A stretch of 64,000 bases of DNA. Source: an uncultured Verrucomicrobiae bacterium. Its GTDB lineage: Bacteria; Verrucomicrobiota; Verrucomicrobiia; Chthoniobacterales; JAFAMB01. The notes beneath the pieces were generated by a model that searched no databases, was not told the origin of the DNA, and saw only the letters and a list, made by a program, of their open reading frames with translations. Below, piece after piece: positions 31,847 to 42,316 of this stretch. Both the position numbers and the translations under genes were made by a program. The stretch's first letter is position 1; every line of letters starts with the position of its first letter. Where the stretch lies: the NCBI GenBank assembly GCA_963837955.1, contig CAWIPH010000002.1:1504001-1568000 (forward strand), given 5' to 3'.

Positions 31847-34336
31847 TTAATCCCTCGGCGCCATCTCGGCTAACAGCTTCTCATACCGCGGATCTTTCCG
31901 AAGCGGTTCCCAGTACGGGTCGCGCTTTAATTGGCCGTAGAAAATACCACTTGGCAGGTTGGTCAAAGAACTCAATTTCTCAAAGGCTAGGTCCAACTCA
32001 TTGGTCCAGGCATAAACAATAGCTAGATTCATCTCCATAGACGGGCCAGCCATCGCGTCCTTGGAGACCGGCAACAATTCCACGGCGCGTTTGGCTTCCG
32101 AGATGGCTACTTCCTTGTTATTGAGCAGTGCATCCGTCACCGCCAACTGGCTGAGCAGATAGGCGTTCCCTGGTGACTTCTGGACCTTTTGGTTTAATTG
32201 CTCTCGCGTCTCGGCAAAGCTGGCGTTTGCCCTAGGTTGTTCTCCTTGGAGCCGAGCGAGCAGAATGGAGTAACAGCTGACCGGAACATTTATCTGTCCG
32301 TAAGCAAAGTAGCCTTCGTCGTCGCCGCCGTTCATCTTTTCGATGATTTCTTTTGCCTGCGGCCAATCACGATCAACGAAGGCGAAGGCCAGTCGCAAAG
32401 TGAGTGCCCCCCTATCGTCGGCCATAGATGCTGGGAAAGCAGCGATCGTCGTCCGGAGCGCGGTATCATCTCCGCTCTTAAAAAAGGTCACAAATGGCTT
32501 TTGCGCCTTGAGCATCGGCTGGTCGGGACGGAGCTCGATCAACCGGTCGAATTGCTGCTCTGCCGCACGAAACTGACGCGTGTTAGATAGAGTAACAGCT
32601 AAGTCTTCAACGAAAGCCGAATTGTGCGGATCGCGTGTGATGGCTTCATTGAACTCCTGGATTGCTTTAGGAAATTGCCCTTGCCGGCGATCCATGAGCG
32701 CTTCGAGCGCGATCGCCTCGGCATCGTTCGGTAGGCCGCGCCTGGCGATCGCTAGTTGTACCCGTGCCCGCTCATAATCACGGTAGACTCGGTAAAGGTG
32801 ACCCGCGTAAGCAAGGTGAACCTCGGGCAGGTCTGGTTGTAAGCTCAGCGCGCTGTTTACTGCTGCATCTCCCAAGGCGCGTTGTTCCGGAGTCGGATAG
32901 TATAAGTAATAAAGGAGGTCGTGTGCTTCTGCGGAGGCACAAAAGGCGAGGGCGAATTTTGGATCCAGCCGGACGGCTTGCTCTAGAAAACCGATCGCGT
33001 CGACCAGCGGTTTCTCGACATCTCCAAAGGTCATAGAAACTCTAACACTTATCAGTAACTCCTTGGCCCGGAGGTAGAGATCGTAGGCCTCAAGATTCTC
33101 GGTTGGTTTCTTTTCGATACTCCGCTTTTCTTCCGGGGAAAGCGTTGCAGCTAGTTTGGTGGCGATGGTCTGAGCTACTTCGCTCTGGATCGCGAAAATG
33201 TCGGTGAGATCGCGATCAAAACTGTCGGCCCAAGTGGTCTTATCCAGGCGAGCGTCGATGAGCTCGGTGCTGACCCGAACCCGGTTTCCGTTCCGGCGGA
33301 CGGTTCCCTCCAACACGTTGGCAACACCCAACGCATTAGCGATCTGGCGTAGATCGCGTTTCTCGTCGGCGCGATATTGCATGACCGACGTCCGGCTGAT
33401 AACTGTCAGTTGGGCAACCTTGGCCAAGTTGTTGAGAATCTCGTCCTGAACACCGTCAGCGAAATAAGTGTCGTCTTTATTCGCGCTGAGACTTTCGAAG
33501 GGGAGTACCGCAATGCTCTTAGCAGAAACGGTCGAGGGAGCCGCCGTTGCAGCAGATTTATCGTGCGCACCGGACCCGGTCCAAACGGTTAACACCAGGA
33601 TGATCCCTCCGATCAGGAAAAGCACGATCGCAGGCCAGACCACGAAATGAAATCTCCCCTGTTTCTGCCCTATCTGCGCTGTGCGCAGATCAAGACGGAA
33701 ACCGGTATACAAGGCGCCGGAGAATCCGGCTAAAAGCACTCCCAGAACTGCTTTCATTGTCCAGCTGGGCAGCTCCAGACTAGGTACCAGAATAGACGCT
33801 GCTTGAAGAACGATCCAGGCACTGACAATATAACCGCCAGCGATTCGGTAGATGCGTTTGGATCGCAGCTCTTGGTAGAAACTCGCTTTTTTTCCCGGTG
33901 CGATCTCCGCGGAGTTCGCCACCGAGTGTTCCTCCGCTGTTAAAAGCGTATTTACTTGCTTGGTTAATGCTTCGAGATGTCGTTCCAGGGGAGGCTGAAT
34001 GCCATCTAACCACTGAACGGTGTCCAGGAAGTAACTCAGACTCTGGTTTGGTGAAACATCCTTGATTCGGAAAGGGATAACTGCCAGCCCGGAGGAGAAA
34101 GCTTTGGCTACTTCCCGCTCAACATGATCGGAATTATTCGCATGCTCCGAGAAGACCAGGATGAGCACTCGGCAGGCCTCAAGACCTTGCATGATCCCTT
34201 TAGTCCAATTGGCTCCCGGTTCGATGTCACGGGGAGCGATCCAGCATTTGATCCCAGCGGACTCGAGATGGGCACAAATCGCGTCCGCGGTGGCCTGATC
34301 TTTACTCGAATGGCTGATGAAGACCTTCGACGGCAT
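31847..34336 (-). CDS. TIR domain - membrane anchor - TolB-like/FlgO domain - TPR protein
   Basis: VFISHSSKD and HVEREV TIR motifs; KSIAVLPFESLS...VISRTSV domain; TPR tail ending DPYWEPLRKDPRY. Confidence 0.88.
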   Translation of the reverse strand: MPSKVFISHSSKDQATADAICAHLESAGIKCWIAPRDIEPGANWTKGIMQGLEACRVLILVFSEHANNSDHVEREVAKAFSSGLAVIPFRIKDVSPNQSLSYFLDTVQWLDGIQPPLERHLEALTKQVNTLLTAEEHSVANSAEIAPGKKASFYQELRSKRIYRIAGGYIVSAWIVLQAASILVPSLELPSWTMKAVLGVLLAGFSGALYTGFRLDLRTAQIGQKQGRFHFVVWPAIVLFLIGGIILVLTVWTGSGAHDKSAATAAPSTVSAKSIAVLPFESLSANKDDTYFADGVQDEILNNLAKVAQLTVISRTSVMQYRADEKRDLRQIANALGVANVLEGTVRRNGNRVRVSTELIDARLDKTTWADSFDRDLTDIFAIQSEVAQTIATKLAATLSPEEKRSIEKKPTENLEAYDLYLRAKELLISVRVSMTFGDVEKPLVDAIGFLEQAVRLDPKFALAFCASAEAHDLLYYLYYPTPEQRALGDAAVNSALSLQPDLPEVHLAYAGHLYRVYRDYERARVQLAIARRGLPNDAEAIALEALMDRRQGQFPKAIQEFNEAITRDPHNSAFVEDLAVTLSNTRQFRAAEQQFDRLIELRPDQPMLKAQKPFVTFFKSGDDTALRTTIAAFPASMADDRGALTLRLAFAFVDRDWPQAKEIIEKMNGGDDEGYFAYGQINVPVSCYSILLARLQGEQPRANASFAETREQLNQKVQKSPGNAYLLSQLAVTDALLNNKEVAISEAKRAVELLPVSKDAMAGPSMEMNLAIVYAWTNELDLAFEKLSSLTNLPSGIFYGQLKRDPYWEPLRKDPRYEKLLAEMAPRD

Positions 34337-35260
34337 ATAGCCTCAGCGGTCTCAGAGTCTTAATCGATTTGGTCTCCAATAGCTTGCACAAAATCGCTCG
34401 TGATCGGGGGCGTATCTCAGAAGGCAAGCCGAACTAGGAACCCCATTGCTGATATAAAGGCGGCGAGCAACGCGATATCGAGCATCGCCTCGATCAAACG
34501 GGTAGTCGGGTGCGTTTTCTTCCGGCGTTTCATGGTGGCTCGTTGCGTGCCCCCAAGGTTGGCCGAGAGGGAATTGTTTGTCTGCAAGTGGGCCGAGTCT
34601 TTGGCCCTCATCCAATTACAAAGGATTTACAGCCCTGGAGTTTCAGACAGGCCCCACCCAGTGTCGGTAGGGCGAAAATTTATTTGAGCCGGTTCACGGC
34701 TACCAACCAATTCTGCGCCGTACTGTGCAAAGAGCGTATTCCGAAATGCCGTACGCCACGAACCTGAGCGAGGACGATCAGGCTACCTCATTCTCGCCCT
34801 AGGCTCGAATGAATGACCAATGACCAATGACAGATGACAAAGTTAGCCTATTAGCTGCGTCGCAAACGGTCGCTGGCTATCGTCCTCGTGCTCGGAGGAG
34901 AGTAGACTGATGCTCCAGCCTCAGTAACCGAACCGCGATACCAACCAATTCTGCGCCGAACTGTCCAAAGAGCGTATTCCGAAATGCTTTACGCCACGAA
35001 CCTGAGCGTGGACGATCAGGCTACCTCATTCTCGCCCTAGGCTCGAATGAATGACCAATGACAAATGACAGATGACAAAGTTAGCCTAATAGCTGCGTCG
35101 CAAACGGTCGCTGGCTATCGTCCTCGTGCTCGTCGTCGTCCTCGATGGAGCGCTAGCCCGCCCAGCGTTGGTAGGGCGAAAATTTATTTGAGCCGGTTCA
35201 CGGGTCGTTGCGATCCTGCTTTCTCGTCCGCTCCACGCCAGGTCGAACCGGCGCCATGCG

Positions 35261-36211
35261 CTATTTTTCCGTGGCCGCCCGTCGTCGTCGTCCACTTACC
35301 AAATAGATGGCGGCACGCAATTCGAGCAGCGGGTCATCCGAAGGATCGATTCCGTCGACGCGTGGGATCGGATCGAAGATGATATGTTTTTGCTCTTGGG
35401 CGTTATCTGAGACTGGCTCAGTTAAAATAATCGTACCGAACTCGACCAAAGTTCGATCCTCTGGCCAATGGATAGTCGCGTCGTCCACGGTATCTTCGTC
35501 GTTTGCCAGCTGAACTAATATGCGAAACTTGATCGGGCCTTTGGCAATTCTTTCGGCAAGTTCATCGAACAGATAGTCTGCGCTCCTGGCAGCGACGGCA
35601 GCATCGTCCAGATGGTAGTTGCCAGCTTCTGGGACGATCCGGTAGCGACCATAGCGGCTAACTCCGTTCTTGTTGGTGAAGCGCATAGCCGTCACTCCGA
35701 AGTACGATTCTCTGGCAAAGCTGGACGGAGCGGGCTTAGGTGTCTGCACATATTCGAGCGCCTTTGGATGGGTGCCGAGGTAGGCTTCAATCGGGGATGG
35801 TGATGGCTTTGACGGGTCGCTGGAGGCCAGTGCGCGCAAGAACTCCAGAAACTCCTGACCAGTTCTGACCGGGAATCCATCGGTCGAGTGGCTGACAATG
35901 TCGGTGTGAACGTGTTCGGCGAGCTGAAACCGAATTGCCAGTCCGCGCGGGTTCGCGTTAGGGTCGTTATCCGGCACCAACGGAATGCCCGTCGAGTTGG
36001 AGAATCGCATCGTTACCGGCGTAGACTCCCGATGTGCGTGAGGTGCCCGGGTGAGGGAAGCGGCATCGGGCGAAGGCGTGAACGTACCTGTCAGCAGAAT
36101 GCCTTTGGCATGGGCAGGCCGAAAGCCCGGGTGCAGTCCAAAGATAGTGTCGAACTGCTGAAGCAGATCCTGGCTTAGCGCGATAAGTTTATCGTCAGTT
36201 GGAAGTGGCAT
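35261..36211 (-). CDS. Catalase-related heme peroxidase (short SrpA-like catalase domain)
   Basis: RPAHAKG, RFSNSTG, PRGLAIRF and DPLLELRAAIY motifs. Confidence 0.9.
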   Translation of the reverse strand: MPLPTDDKLIALSQDLLQQFDTIFGLHPGFRPAHAKGILLTGTFTPSPDAASLTRAPHAHRESTPVTMRFSNSTGIPLVPDNDPNANPRGLAIRFQLAEHVHTDIVSHSTDGFPVRTGQEFLEFLRALASSDPSKPSPSPIEAYLGTHPKALEYVQTPKPAPSSFARESYFGVTAMRFTNKNGVSRYGRYRIVPEAGNYHLDDAAVAARSADYLFDELAERIAKGPIKFRILVQLANDEDTVDDATIHWPEDRTLVEFGTIILTEPVSDNAQEQKHIIFDPIPRVDGIDPSDDPLLELRAAIYLVSGRRRRAATEK

Positions 36212-36447
36212 GGGGTGGTTTTGCTCCTCTGAAACTCTTTCACTCTCGTTTTACTCTATCCGTCTTTCCAAACACGTGGTCGACCATGTGGTTGGAACCG
36301 AGATAGGTTAGATCGCATTCCACAGGGCTGGTATCAATCTGAGATGCGCGCCCCATTTCAATTCTGTATATCGAGTGAAGCAATTCTCCTTGCCAGAATC
36401 GAGCTTCAGCTATCGACTCGTATTAGACAGTCTTGATTCTGCCTATG

Positions 36448-37191
36448 ATGCGTTTGAATTCTTATCAGGGAAAGCGACTGCTGGCCCTGGCACGTGGTGC
36501 TGATTATGCGCATGCGGGCGAAACGGAGGCGATCGATTTGGTCTGGAGTGGTTTGCCGAAGAGTTGCACCCAGAATGTACTCGATGCGGGATGTGGACGG
36601 GGAGGAACTGCGGCTTACGTGTACCGGGCAGGGTGGGGGCGAGTCACCGGCATTGACATCGAGGCGGAATCTATCGACAGAGCCAGGGAGGCCTATCCCG
36701 AAATTTCTTTCGAAATTTGCCCGGTTGAACAATCTGACCGCGTAGGAAGCGAGACGTTTGATATTGTTTGTTGTTTCAATTCGTTCTACGCATTCCCCGA
36801 TCACGCGGCGGCGCTATTCGCCTTCGCCCGGGCGGCGAAAGCCGGTGCATGGCTGGCAATCTTCGATTACACGGATCCAGGTTCCTTTGGCAATTCGCCG
36901 CTGGCAAAGCATCCGGAATTGCAACGCTGGAATCCGCTCAAACTATCCGGCGTAGGTACGCTTCTTGATGACGCCGGATGGTCGCTAGAGGTCATCCGGG
37001 ATGTGAGCACTGATTACGCGCGTTGGTACAAAAAACTCGCGACCCGTATTCACGATCTGCAACCCATGCTTGTTCAGGAATGTGGCCTTGAAACCTGGGA
37101 ATATGCCGCGAAGTTTTACGATACGATGTATGAAACGGTTCAGACTAGGGACATGGGCGGCGCAATTGTCTATGCAGTAAAGCGCCACTAA
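36448..37191 (+). CDS. Class I SAM-dependent methyltransferase
   Basis: VLDAGCGRGG, VTGIDI and FDIVCC motifs. Confidence 0.85.
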   Translation: MRLNSYQGKRLLALARGADYAHAGETEAIDLVWSGLPKSCTQNVLDAGCGRGGTAAYVYRAGWGRVTGIDIEAESIDRAREAYPEISFEICPVEQSDRVGSETFDIVCCFNSFYAFPDHAAALFAFARAAKAGAWLAIFDYTDPGSFGNSPLAKHPELQRWNPLKLSGVGTLLDDAGWSLEVIRDVSTDYARWYKKLATRIHDLQPMLVQECGLETWEYAAKFYDTMYETVQTRDMGGAIVYAVKRH

Positions 37192-37376
37192 AGGTTCGCG
37201 GTATCGAGTACCGGCATCCCTAATGCGAGTTGGATTCGCGCTCTGCGAGAGATTCCTAAACCTCGTTATAGGGATGCACGACGATCAGCGGAAAGAATGA
37301 AGATGCGTCCCTTATGCCTCGCCTTTTTGGTACAATTGCCGGTGTAGGGCGGACACCTAAAAGAAAAGGGAAAGCC

Positions 37377-37706
37377 ATGAAAAAGATATTCCCAGGATTC
37401 AGGATTGTCGGCGCTATCTCGCTTCTAGCCCTGCCTGTGGGCTGTGCTAGTACCCAGGAAACAGAGAACCTGCTTTTGGAGGCAGGCTTTAGAACCGTCT
37501 CCGTTACCAACCCTCAGCAGCAGCAACTCCGACCCAATAAAGTGACGGTTACGGAGCAAAATGGGAAAACCTACTACGTCTATGCGGACCCAGCTCGCAA
37601 CCAGAACTACGTTGGTGACCAATCCCAGTATCAAAGATATCGGCAGCTCAAAAGACAACTTGAAGCCGCCCAACAAAGCTACGATCCGCCGGTCTACGGA
37701 CCGTAA
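37377..37706 (+). CDS. Putative lipoprotein
   Basis: Signal peptide ending PVGC; LLEAGF and YYVYADP motifs. Confidence 0.7.
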   Translation: MKKIFPGFRIVGAISLLALPVGCASTQETENLLLEAGFRTVSVTNPQQQQLRPNKVTVTEQNGKTYYVYADPARNQNYVGDQSQYQRYRQLKRQLEAAQQSYDPPVYGP

Positions 37707-37828
37707 ATTAAGCGGAAAACGTATTGCTTTGGCTATCTCTGGCGAGTTGGTACAGCACGACTTGTTCTGGATTCTTGTCTGTGTCGAATGTCTAGGCGTG
37801 ACCCTATTTCGGTCCTCTCATATCGGCT

Positions 37829-38310
37829 GTCCCGGCTTGTCCCGCCGTAGCCCGGAGGTAGCGCCATACGGAAGCGAACGGCAAGGCGAAGGAGGAAGGG
37901 ACCCAATGAAAGTAGCCCAGTACGAAGTGCTGGGAATAGTGCAAAGAGATGTCCGTCCCGTCAGGGACGAAAGAAGCGTTTCGACTCCTGGTCCTCTCGT
38001 ATGCGGCTTCATCAGCGTAAGGAGCCATCGATCGTCCCTTCCGGGACGGGTCGTTTTTTGAACGCCACCCCAGCACTTCGTATTGGGCTTGATCCGGCCT
38101 CCATCCTCCTGCATCGCCACCGTCACCTGCCGATCGTGCATATCCAGTCCCAACTTCAGGACCCGATTGCCGTGCTGCATTACACTTGCTTCGTTGCCGC
38201 CACTGCTCGATAGTTTCTGGTTTAGGTTATTCATAAGAGCCGACAGTTTAGCAGCGGGTGCTGTTAGCTGTCGGCTCATGTCATCTACTTTCATTGAGTC
38301 CCTTCGGGGC
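37829..38310. repeat. REP family A, copy 3 (interrupted twice)
   Basis: Arms present; insertions at 37836-37896 and 38090-38286. Confidence 0.85.
38090..38286 (-). mobile_element. Truncated IS110-family element (left end plus about 48 N-terminal transposase codons)
   Basis: VLKLGLDMHDRQVTVAMQEDGG resembles the DEDD RuvC-like N-terminus; flanked by CT on both sides inside a REP. Confidence 0.72.
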
Positions 38311-38345
38311 AGCTCCTCTTCGTGTCGCGACGATCGGTCTCGGCC

Positions 38346-38858
38346 TTATCCTTCCGGCTGAAACTTTGTGCCGTCCCATTCGACCCTGCGCAAAATCTTA
38401 CCGCTTTTCCCGTCGGTAACGACCACCGTTCGTCCCTTTTGTGGGAGGATAAATTTTCGACCGTTGCCGTCGCGGATTGGAAAGACTCCGCGGGAGACTT
38501 TGTGCATTCGGCCATCTTGGCCAAGCTCGAAGAAATCAAGAAACACCGAATCCGGCCCCTCGAGTTCGCCAGAACAAACCGCGAGGAGAGGACGACCGTC
38601 AGTGAAACGAAACAGGGCCACTTGAAATGCTGGCTGCGCGCCATCACCGGTGCAGCTGAGATACCCATTGGCTTTATCGACGACCCCGCCGCCGGACTCG
38701 CTCATGAACTTCAGCCACTCGGCAGGCGAGCCCTCGAACGTATCCGTCGGTAACAGGAGAAAATAATCGACGACCGAGGAGCGCTGCTGATCTGCGCCAT
38801 GCATTGCCTGGGACAGCAATATACCAAGGCAGACGAGATGCGGAGTGAAGCGACGCAT
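38346..38858 (-). CDS. Hypothetical secreted protein
   Basis: Signal peptide; VVDKANGYL and LPQKGRT...WDGTKF motifs. Confidence 0.65.
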   Translation of the reverse strand: MRRFTPHLVCLGILLSQAMHGADQQRSSVVDYFLLLPTDTFEGSPAEWLKFMSESGGGVVDKANGYLSCTGDGAQPAFQVALFRFTDGRPLLAVCSGELEGPDSVFLDFFELGQDGRMHKVSRGVFPIRDGNGRKFILPQKGRTVVVTDGKSGKILRRVEWDGTKFQPEG

Positions 38859-39062
38859 TTACCTAACTTACTCGAGAAGTAAATGATCACCAAATTCGGT
38901 CGTGTTCCAATTGCCCGGCATAGCCGCGACCAAATCGTCCCTGCAAAACTTAGCGATTTACACGGATAGTAACAGATGACCTGCCGTACTCCCTCGAGCA
39001 TAGCGTTCTCGGCGTTATTTCGGCGTTGTCGGCGTTCCCGTCAGGACGGATATAATCGTTCA

Positions 39063-39896
39063 TCACTCTGTGGGGCGGCAGACGCGCTTGGGCGGATCGC
39101 CAAGTTCAAACTGCCGGCGCAAGCCAGCCTCGAAAAAGGTTCGAGGTAACAGCGTGCGCAAGACTCGAAGCTGGCGGGCGCCTCGCCCGACGAGCACCTT
39201 GATGGCGGGCTCTCTTTTTGTTACCGCTTGCAGGACTGCATCTGCCACCATCGCAGGATCGTCACCATCCTCTACGCTAACTCGAAGTTTTTCGACGACA
39301 CGGTTCCGCTCGTCGGCGTATATGTCGTTCAGCAATGCGCCCATAGTCGAGTTTCGATCGATATCGGTGCGGATAAATCCTGGCTGAATCAGGATCGCAC
39401 GGATCCCAAACCGCCGTACTTCCAAGTCTAATGTTTCCGTCCAGCCGGCGAGCGCATGCTTGCTCGCAGAATAGGCGGCCTGGTACGGCATCGGGAGAAA
39501 ACCAGCAAGTGAGCCTATGTTAATAATCCGACCAGCCGCTTGCTGGCGCATCGTTGGGAGGACGGCTTGCGTCATCCTCATAACTCCGAAGAAATTAGTT
39601 TCGAAAAGATCTTTGATCTGAGTGAGGCTCAGTTCCTCGATTGCGCCGTAAATGTTAATCCCGGCGTTGTTTATCAAGAAATCGATTCTTCCGGCCTGCG
39701 CGAGGACAGCCTTCACACATTCTTCAACCGATTTCTCATCCTGAACATCAAGACGCAGTATCCTGCCTCCCGTCGCCACGGATGAAGGCTGCCGTGTCGT
39801 ACCAAAGACTTGATAGCCGCCTTCAACAAGTTTTTGGGTGATCGCCGTTCCAATCCCGCCCGACGCACCTGTAACTAAGACAACTTGCTCTTTCAT
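39063..39896 (-). CDS. Short-chain dehydrogenase/reductase
   Basis: TGASGGIG, NNAG and YSASK motifs. Confidence 0.93.
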   Translation of the reverse strand: MKEQVVLVTGASGGIGTAITQKLVEGGYQVFGTTRQPSSVATGGRILRLDVQDEKSVEECVKAVLAQAGRIDFLINNAGINIYGAIEELSLTQIKDLFETNFFGVMRMTQAVLPTMRQQAAGRIINIGSLAGFLPMPYQAAYSASKHALAGWTETLDLEVRRFGIRAILIQPGFIRTDIDRNSTMGALLNDIYADERNRVVEKLRVSVEDGDDPAMVADAVLQAVTKREPAIKVLVGRGARQLRVLRTLLPRTFFEAGLRRQFELGDPPKRVCRPTE

Positions 39897-40144
39897 AAAT
39901 TGGTTAGACCGATATTTCTGCGATGAACTAAAGCCAAATGTTGCGACTGTCAACATGCTATTTGCGTGCGCCGCGTTGCAGCGCTACAAACGCCGGGAAC
40001 GCGAACGCGGAACGCCGGGAACGCCGGGAACTGCCGAGAAGCTGGCAACGCCGAGAACGCCGGGAGCCGTCCCGAGGGACGTAACGAAAGTAGCCCAGTA
40101 CGAAGTGCTGGGTTGGTGTTAAAAAAACGACCCGTCCCGGAGGG

Positions 40145-41610
40145 GCTTGTCGGACTTTTCAATTGGGTAGCAGATCTGGTAAAAAGGTGGATGCCAGAGC
40201 GATATGTAGTCATTGATCGGCAGACGCCGATGTTGTTGCCGGTCGATTTGCGAGATTGGGTGGCAAAGGATGATTTGGCGCGCTTGATAGCGGAGGCGGT
40301 CGATCAATGCGATCTACGGCTAGCTTGTACCAATGAGCGGGGTAGCGGTAGTGCGCAGTATCCGCCTGGAATGATGTTGGGCTTACTGATTTACGCTTAT
40401 GCGCGAGGAGTATTTTCTTCCCGGCGCATCGAACAACTCAGTTACGAAAGCCTTTCGGTGCGTTACTTGTGTGGCAACACCCATCCGGATCACGATACCA
40501 TCGCGAAGTTTCGGCGAGAGAACGGAGCGTTATTTCGAGAGTGTTTCCGTAGCGTGTTATTGTTGGCGCGGGAATTAGGATTGGTTCGAGTGGGCAAGCT
40601 AGCAGTGGATGGAACGCGACTGGAAGCCAACGCCAATCGCCATCGCTTCAGCACGCGGGAGCAATTAGAGCAAGAAAGGGCTCGAGTCGAAGAGCTCATT
40701 AGCGAGCTGATCCAACGAGGGGAAGCGGCTGATCAAGCTGAAGAGGGCGAAGCAGAGACTGAAGGCTTGCCAGCGGAGTTAGCCGATGGGCAAAAGCGCC
40801 GTAAGGCCATCAAAGAAGCTCTAGAGCGCATCAAGCAACGAGAAGCCCAGCAGCAAGCCGAAAAAGAGCAATTAGCCCAGAGCGGTCGTCAGAGCCAGGC
40901 CAAGGAGGTACGGATGAATTTGACCGATCCAGACTGTGGGATCTTACACCGTAAAGGGGCAGGTACAGTCATTGGCTATAACGCCCAAATTGGAGTCGAT
41001 ATCCAAGGTGCAGGCCTGATTGTGACTAATGCCGTCAGTGCCAAAGGGGGCGACGCGGAGTTATTGAACCAAGTCCTTGAGCAGCTCGCTCCCGAGTTAG
41101 GAGCAGTAAAGGAAGTGGTCGTCGATTGTGGCTATGAGAGCGGACCCAAAGCCTATGAGCTGGAAAAGAGCCTTGGCACCAAAGTCTATTATCCTCCCCG
41201 TCCGATCCAAGTCAGTGCTAGTGGACCAAAACATCGCAACAGCCATAGGCAACGCTTGGCGCGACACATGCGTTATTTAATCAAAAAACGCATCGAGTCC
41301 CCCCACGGACAGTGGTTGCAACGTCGGCGCCAAACGGTAGCTGAGGGTGCTTTTGGTTTTATCAAACGCGCGTTGGGCTTTCAGCGCTTCAGTCTACGCG
41401 GCTTGCAAAAAGTTCAGACCGAATGGCAACTAGTCTGCTTGGCCTTTAACCTGCGCAAACTGGCCTAAAGAAAACAAAAAGGCTCTGCACCTACCCGCAG
41501 CTCCCTTCGCGGAAAATTACGGCTTACCTCAAAGCTGATCGCAATCCTCCCCTTTACCGTCTCCCTTCCGCCAAAAAAAAGCGGAAAAAACATCACGAAG
41601 TCCGACGGCC
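40145..41610 (+). mobile_element. IS1182-family insertion sequence
   Basis: Imperfect IR gcttgtcggactt / aagtccgacggcc; target duplication cccggaggg (7-9 bp, ends ambiguous because the target is palindromic). Confidence 0.88.
40191..41468 (+). CDS. IS1182-family transposase
   Basis: DUF772-like YPPGMMLGLLIYAY..SSRRIE and PDHDTIAKFR; VDGT, TDPD, GYNAQ, DCGY and FSLRGLQKV motifs. Confidence 0.92.
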   Translation: MPERYVVIDRQTPMLLPVDLRDWVAKDDLARLIAEAVDQCDLRLACTNERGSGSAQYPPGMMLGLLIYAYARGVFSSRRIEQLSYESLSVRYLCGNTHPDHDTIAKFRRENGALFRECFRSVLLLARELGLVRVGKLAVDGTRLEANANRHRFSTREQLEQERARVEELISELIQRGEAADQAEEGEAETEGLPAELADGQKRRKAIKEALERIKQREAQQQAEKEQLAQSGRQSQAKEVRMNLTDPDCGILHRKGAGTVIGYNAQIGVDIQGAGLIVTNAVSAKGGDAELLNQVLEQLAPELGAVKEVVVDCGYESGPKAYELEKSLGTKVYYPPRPIQVSASGPKHRNSHRQRLARHMRYLIKKRIESPHGQWLQRRRQTVAEGAFGFIKRALGFQRFSLRGLQKVQTEWQLVCLAFNLRKLA

Positions 41611-41809
41611 CCCGGAGGGACGATCGATGGCTCCCTACGCTGGTGAAGCCGCATACGAGAAGACCAGGAGCCAAAATCTTCTATCGTCCCTAGCGGGACG
41701 GACACCTCTTTTTGCATTATTTCCCAGCACTTCGTACTGGGCTTCTCTCATTACGTCCCTACGGGACGGCTCCCGGCGTTCCCGTGCGTTCCCGGCGTTC
41801 CCGGCGTTC

Positions 41810-42316
41810 TCACCTTGGGCCGATGCCGTACGCGGTTAACCAAAAGCCGCGCGGCGCCTTGTACTCGAACTCGAAGCTGAACTCGGCGTTCGCGTCTTGC
41901 CACATGAGCGTGTAGTGATCGTCACTAATTTTCTGCGGCTTCGCACGAGAAACATGCGCGCGCATGAAAGGTGTGAAAAACGAGTCGTACTTCGCTAGAA
42001 ACTCGCCTTTGTCCTTGATACCGATGGTTTCGACATTGCCTTTGCGCTCGACCGACCAGTCGTTCACGGGAAACGCAATGAGATCGGCTATTTTGTTCTT
42101 ATCATTAGCGCTGACCGCGGCCAGAAACTCAGCGTAAAAACCACGAAATTCCGACTCATGTGATTTCTGCGCCTGACCGCGGCAAGGCGCCACGAAGAAC
42201 ATCATTAGGATAGGCAGGAAAATCTTTGCGGCCAGTTTCGCGCAAGGGACGAAGGAGTGGCGTGATTGCAGACGGTTCACGCCGTTTCTTGTTGGTTGAT
42301 CTGTTTCCGTGCGCAT
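41810..42316 (-). CDS. Hypothetical secreted protein (start probably downstream)
   Basis: Hydrophobic signal-like segment; FLAAVSANDKNKIADLIAFP. Confidence 0.6.
   Translation of the reverse strand: MRTETDQPTRNGVNRLQSRHSFVPCAKLAAKIFLPILMMFFVAPCRGQAQKSHESEFRGFYAEFLAAVSANDKNKIADLIAFPVNDWSVERKGNVETIGIKDKGEFLAKYDSFFTPFMRAHVSRAKPQKISDDHYTLMWQDANAEFSFEFEYKAPRGFWLTAYGIGPR

Larger units (their letters stand above)
40068..41768. repeat. REP family A, copy 4, split by the IS1182 element
   Basis: Left half 40068-40144, right half 41611-41768. Confidence 0.85.

Noticed and set aside
39966..40190. N-terminal extension of the 500-aa transposase ORF
   Set aside because: It reads through 9-mer and REP sequence outside the IS end; the real start is ATG 40191.
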